A stretch of DNA of 64,000 bases from Clostridia bacterium (GTDB lineage Bacteria > Bacillota > Clostridia > UBA1381), in assembly GCA_017551095.1 (NCBI GenBank), contig JAFZMQ010000014.1, positions 9,972 to 73,971 of the forward strand, in the 5' to 3' direction. Below the pieces are notes generated by a model. The model ran no database searches and was not told where the DNA came from. It was given only the letters and a program-made list of their open reading frames with translations. Numbering within the stretch: position 1 is the first letter of the stretch; every line of letters begins with the position of its first letter. This document shows positions 60,072 through 64,000 of this stretch, piece by piece. The position numbers were made by a program, and so were the translations under genes.

Positions 60072-61163
60072 CTATCTCATAAACCGGTATATAAGCCACG
60101 CCAAGCCCGAATATATACCAAGTGAAATTAAAAATGTTAAGAGGAAATAAAATCTTTTTTTGATTTTGCTTATCGGTAGTTCACCGACAACCTTGCCTGT
60201 CTGTCCGTTTATCGCAAACCGGTAATTTTTTCCCTTATATTCAACATTTAAAAGATATACAGGAAGCATAACATACCTTACACTTGAATTTAAAATATTC
60301 ATATTGCTGGACTTTCGGGTTATTGTGTCAAAGCTTCTGTTCACCGAGTTTATAAAAACTTCCTCGGCACTGTTTCGCATTCTTTCAGACGCTCTCGGCA
60401 AACTATCGTCAGGACTTGCATCAAATCTGTCTGCTAAAAATCCCGATAGGTATGCCGTTTCAAAATCCACAATATCCGAATAATTATAAGGCTCCAAAGA
60501 GTCCATTAAATCGTCGTCCATCTTAATACTTGCATCGACGGGTATCCTTTTAAATGTCATTGTTCCGTCAATATCAACAAGGTAGTGGTCAACCTCTGTA
60601 TAGTCATATTCAGAGTCGGAATAGGATTTGGTTTCTGTACCCTCCAAAAGCATCTGTCCGTCCAGAGTTGCGTCAAAAAGCCAGAAAGGCACATAAACGC
60701 CCTGAATTTTGCCTATTTTGTGCTGGTTTTTGAACTTGTTCGGCAAAAGGCGTTTACCTTCAAAATAAGCCTTTACAGCATTTTCCAGCCCATTTCTGTC
60801 AACCTTAAAAGGAATAATTCCGTTTGGTTTTAAACTGCTCCCGACTCTGTCATTCAGGATTATCTCATTATCGCAGTACGGGCAGTGTGTTGCGGCAGTC
60901 TGCGGGTTTGTCTCAATCTCCGCTCCACAGGAACGGCATATGTAAACCGCTGTATTTTCAATATTTTGCTTATTCTGTTCAAAAGCTTTTTTGTAGTCTT
61001 GCCAATCAAATTCCGAATCACCGTTTTCCGATTCCGAATACTTTTTGAGCGTTTCCAAGTCATATTCACTATCGCAGGAATTGCATTTAAGTTTCCCTTT
61101 TGAATCGTAAACAAGCGGTGAGCCGCAGGAAAGGCATTTGTAGGACAATGTTTCTCCTGTCAT
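60072..61163 (-). CDS. Hypothetical double zinc-ribbon protein with a C-terminal TM anchor
   Basis: Two CxxC-N-CxxC ribbons (CLSCGSP...CNSCDS and CRSCGAE...CPYCDN) at the N-terminus. C-terminal TM LLTFLISLGIYSGLAWLIY. First gene of the three-gene module. Confidence 0.55.
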   Translation of the reverse strand: MTGETLSYKCLSCGSPLVYDSKGKLKCNSCDSEYDLETLKKYSESENGDSEFDWQDYKKAFEQNKQNIENTAVYICRSCGAEIETNPQTAATHCPYCDNEIILNDRVGSSLKPNGIIPFKVDRNGLENAVKAYFEGKRLLPNKFKNQHKIGKIQGVYVPFWLFDATLDGQMLLEGTETKSYSDSEYDYTEVDHYLVDIDGTMTFKRIPVDASIKMDDDLMDSLEPYNYSDIVDFETAYLSGFLADRFDASPDDSLPRASERMRNSAEEVFINSVNRSFDTITRKSSNMNILNSSVRYVMLPVYLLNVEYKGKNYRFAINGQTGKVVGELPISKIKKRFYFLLTFLISLGIYSGLAWLIYRFMR

Positions 61164-61234
61164 TAAAATCCCCCTAAATATAGCTATATAAAAATTATAC
61201 TATATAAGGTTTCAAATTTCAATAGCTTTTTTAA

Positions 61235-61268
61235 AATAAAGGGTGACATATATGCCACCCTTTATTTT
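61235..61268. terminator. Terminator downstream of galK
   Basis: AAAGGGTG-acatatatgc-CACCCTTT followed by a T-rich tract. Confidence 0.75.
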
Positions 61269-61284
61269 GCTCTATGTTCTAAAA

Positions 61285-62562
61285 TCAAAGTTTTATCTCT
61301 ACTCCACCGACACTTCGTATCGACAAAATATGACACATTCCGTCACCAAAAACACTTTCAATCCCGTTTTTAAAGCTTTCAAGCATATCGTACGGGACAA
61401 ATGCCTGAATCGTTCCCGCAAAGCCGCCGCCGTGAACACGGAAAGCACCTCTTCCGCAAAGCAGCTTGTCACAAAGTGCAAGAGCAAGGCTTACTGCCTG
61501 ATTTTTTGTGTCCTTCGGCACATACACATTTTGCAGGTACATATATGATGAGCGTCCCGATTCCGAAACAATCTTTAAAAATTTATCAAAATCGCCATTT
61601 TTCAATGCCTTTGCTTCGTCCTTCGCCCTTTGGGTGTCGTTAAAATAGTGTATAGCTCTTAATAATGCCCTGTCATTATTTAATGTTTTTCTTACATCAG
61701 CTAAATTTTTATAAAAATCCTCCGGTGAAACATCATTTAGAAATTCTTTACCGAAATATTCAGCAACTGCCCTCATTTCAAGGGTTATCGCGGCATATTC
61801 GCCGGTCAGACTTTCGTGGTCTGCACCGCTATCTATAATGCAAAGTGCGTAGTTTGTTTCAGCAAAATCAAAGTTGAGTTTTTGGGCTTTCGGGTTTTGG
61901 TTATCGGCAAAATCTATTGCAACAATTCCGCCCGATGCACACGCGGCTTGGTCAAGAAGTCCGCAGGGTTTTCCAAAATACACATTTTCAGCATACTGAC
62001 CCATTTTTGCAATTTCCATAGAGGATAGCTCCTCTCCTGCAAAAAGGCTATTCATTATAACCGCAACCAAAATCTCAAAAGCCGCAGATGAACTCATACC
62101 CGAGCCTTTTAACACATTAGAGGTCGTATATGCATCAAATCCTGAAAGTTTATAGTCTTTTTTTGCAAAACAAGCCGCTATTCCTCGTATAAGTCCAGAG
62201 GATTTTCCGTATTCTAAGCTGTCAGGCTCTAAGCTGTCAAGCGTTACAGTATCCATAGGAAACCCTTCCGATTTTATACGGATTACATTCTCACCGTTTG
62301 GACGCACTGCCGCTATAACATCAAGATTTAAACTTCCTGCAACTATCGCTCCGTGCTGGTGGTCGGTATGATTCCCGCCGATTTCCGTACGCCCCGGTGC
62401 AGAAAAAAGGCGTATATCCCCATCCTTTTCAAAAGTTTTTGAAAAGGCGTCCAAAAGTCTTTCAAACCTTTGTATGTATTTCTTTTCTTCGCCGTCTTTA
62501 CAGCAATAAAGCTTTTTAAAATCAATACTATCTATTTTTTGTTTAATTTCAGAAATGTTCAT
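61285..62562 (-). CDS. galK: Galactokinase (GHMP kinase family)
   Basis: GalK signature PGRTEIGGNHTDHQHG (compare E. coli PGRVNLIGEHTDY) and the GHMP ATP motif. Operonic with galM. Confidence 0.8.
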   Translation of the reverse strand: MNISEIKQKIDSIDFKKLYCCKDGEEKKYIQRFERLLDAFSKTFEKDGDIRLFSAPGRTEIGGNHTDHQHGAIVAGSLNLDVIAAVRPNGENVIRIKSEGFPMDTVTLDSLEPDSLEYGKSSGLIRGIAACFAKKDYKLSGFDAYTTSNVLKGSGMSSSAAFEILVAVIMNSLFAGEELSSMEIAKMGQYAENVYFGKPCGLLDQAACASGGIVAIDFADNQNPKAQKLNFDFAETNYALCIIDSGADHESLTGEYAAITLEMRAVAEYFGKEFLNDVSPEDFYKNLADVRKTLNNDRALLRAIHYFNDTQRAKDEAKALKNGDFDKFLKIVSESGRSSYMYLQNVYVPKDTKNQAVSLALALCDKLLCGRGAFRVHGGGFAGTIQAFVPYDMLESFKNGIESVFGDGMCHILSIRSVGGVEIKL

Positions 62563-62598
62563 ATCGTTTTACCTCTGTTAGATTTTCAGACTATCTAC

Positions 62599-63630
62599 TT
62601 ATTTAGAAAACTTGTACTCTGTCACGGTATCGTATTTTTGACCTTTTTTCAAAAATCCGTCGGGAAAATGCGAAAATTTAGTGAAGTTAGGGAAAACCTG
62701 AGTTTCCAGACATACTCCCTGACGCTCCTTATAAACAGCTCCGTCCTTTCCGTCCGGGGTGTTTCCCACCCAATTCCCCGTATATAGCTGAACTGCCGGA
62801 AGGTCTGTATAAGCCTCCATTTTTATTCCTGTTTTATCACCTGTCAGAACAGCAAATTTTCGCATTCCTCTGCCGTTTATGGCAAAATTATGGTCATAAC
62901 CGTTGCCAAATTTCAGCTGCTTATCATCTTTATCAATATCCTGCCCTATTTTCTTAGGTACAGTAAAGTCAAAAACAGTGCCAAAAACACTTAAAATTCT
63001 GCCATCAGGAACAGTGTTTTCGGTCATTGGAGTATAAAAATTGCTGTCAAGCCAAAGTGTATGCTCCTTTATATCACCGGAGGTATGTCCGTTAAGATTA
63101 AAATAGCTGTGATTTGTTAAATTCAGTATCGTGTCGCCGTCCGATTCGCCCTCGTAATGTATTCTGAGTGCATTATCAGATGTGACTGTATATGTAACCT
63201 TAACGCTTACATTTGCCGGAAAGCCCTCCTCGCCGTCCTTTGAGGTGGTTTTCAATACCAAGCTCGGCTCATCACCGTCTTTTTCCTCTACATCCCAGAG
63301 TTTTGCATTAAAACCCACTTTTCCGCCGTGAAGATTATTATTTTTATCACTTTCATTTTTTAAAAGTGTATATTCTTTTTCACCGATTTTGAATTTACAA
63401 CCCTCAATTCTATTCGAGTTTCTGCCGATAATGCTGCCGAAATACCCTTTTCCGTAAAGGTATTCCTGATAATCATCACGTCCTAAAACTACATCAACAC
63501 CTGCAAATTCCAATCTTCTGACAATGCCTCCAAGGTTTAAAATCTCTGCTTTTAAACCTTTTCCGTTATCAAGCGTATATGCAAATACATCTCCTATTTC
63601 AACTTTTTGCAAAAAATTCTTTTTAATCAT
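62599..63630 (-). CDS. galM: Aldose 1-epimerase (galactose mutarotase)
   Basis: Aldose_epim family. The probable start is MIKKNF. Confidence 0.85.
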   Translation of the reverse strand: MIKKNFLQKVEIGDVFAYTLDNGKGLKAEILNLGGIVRRLEFAGVDVVLGRDDYQEYLYGKGYFGSIIGRNSNRIEGCKFKIGEKEYTLLKNESDKNNNLHGGKVGFNAKLWDVEEKDGDEPSLVLKTTSKDGEEGFPANVSVKVTYTVTSDNALRIHYEGESDGDTILNLTNHSYFNLNGHTSGDIKEHTLWLDSNFYTPMTENTVPDGRILSVFGTVFDFTVPKKIGQDIDKDDKQLKFGNGYDHNFAINGRGMRKFAVLTGDKTGIKMEAYTDLPAVQLYTGNWVGNTPDGKDGAVYKERQGVCLETQVFPNFTKFSHFPDGFLKKGQKYDTVTEYKFSK

Positions 63631-63870
63631 AAAATCACTTCTCCTTGCCGTCACCGTACCATTAGATTTACAATATCATTTATACCAAATTTCAGGAAAT
63701 ATGTCAAGTTGAAAGTGGCAGAAAAGGTGAATGGTTCAGATACACCATGTGCCGAAGGCACAACCCGGAAAAATATTGGTAGGCAATCAAGCGACAGTGA
63801 GTGCATTTACAAGCGAGTAGGAAAACCAAGCGTGGCTTTTTGCGAAAGAGGAGCAGCGGCGGAGCGTTTG

Positions 63871-63899
63871 AAAAAAGGTCGCAATTTTGCGACCTTTTT
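63871..63899. terminator. Rho-independent terminator hairpin inside the right-edge non-coding region
   Basis: GGTCGCA-attt-TGCGACC flanked by an A6 and a T5 run. Confidence 0.7.
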
Positions 63900-64000
63900 G
63901 ATTGCAGCGTAGTCCGCTGCGACGTGGCGGAGAAGGAGGGATTCCTTTTCTGCGGAAAAGCCGGCTCACAGCTCTTTTGTGCCACCGGCACAAAATTCAC

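Noticed and set aside
63740-63830. Glycine riboswitch call for the CCGAAGG / GGCAA..GACAG segment
   Set aside because: Only one partial aptamer-like core is present, with no GGAGAG P1 start and no tandem arrangement. I kept it as an unclassified structured region.
63704-64000. 98-aa and 68-aa minus-strand ORFs at the right edge
   Set aside because: The translations are low-complexity and run through a strong terminator hairpin. The region reads better as non-coding structured RNA.
1-64000. CRISPR arrays, IS elements, integrases, tRNA or rRNA genes
   Set aside because: No direct-repeat/spacer periodicity, transposase or recombinase ORFs, or tRNA-like T-loop or acceptor motifs were found by eye. 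The window looks like core chromosome plus one metabolic island.

Overview
The window looks like a low-GC Firmicutes (Clostridia) chromosome segment. The organism is probably a spore-former (dipicolinate synthase dpaAB, a SigF/G-like sigma factor, YlmC/YmxH) and makes dockerin and SLH-bearing surface proteins (Ruminococcaceae or Lachnospiraceae-like). About 58 of the 64 kb is on the minus strand. The main accessory feature is a glycyl-radical-enzyme bacterial microcompartment (BMC, GRM-type) locus at 1..11843 (-), and it runs off the left edge. In transcription order it holds a HAD phosphatase, a glycyl radical enzyme, its activase, a EutS/PduU shell protein, a class II aldolase with a C-terminal encapsulation peptide, a Zn-alcohol dehydrogenase with an unexplained N-terminal domain, two BMC-H genes, a BMC-P, PduS-like and PduT-like proteins, PduP and another BMC-domain gene. 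The layout matches the fucose/rhamnose type (GRM5-like), with lactaldehyde going to 1,2-propanediol and then propionaldehyde. Downstream are a sucrose PTS regulon (scrR-scrA-scrB-scrK) with ptsH-ptsI, aconitase, a Na/Pi symporter, RNase J, rex, pgsA and patatin. Further on are a sigma factor, a TPP riboswitch with thiT, mnmA, manA, argS, trmFO, topA, dprA, prfB (no programmed frameshift), secA, dpaAB and a GT2 gene preceded by a large inverted repeat. The remainder holds tyrS, a four-gene Na+-pumping oxaloacetate decarboxylase-type operon with a separate biotin carrier, a lysine riboswitch in front of lysA-asd-dapA-dapB-ypsA, a conserved membrane module of unknown function (Zn-ribbon protein, TPM, SPFH-Zn-ribbon), galK-galM, and a structured non-coding region at the right edge. 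I found no rRNA, tRNA, CRISPR array or obvious mobile element. The BMC locus itself is a known type. The parts I would look at again are its unusual members (the ADH N-domain, the two possible starts of one BMC-H gene, the HAD partner, the internal promoter), the GT2 inverted repeat, the three-gene membrane module and the edge ncRNA-like region.
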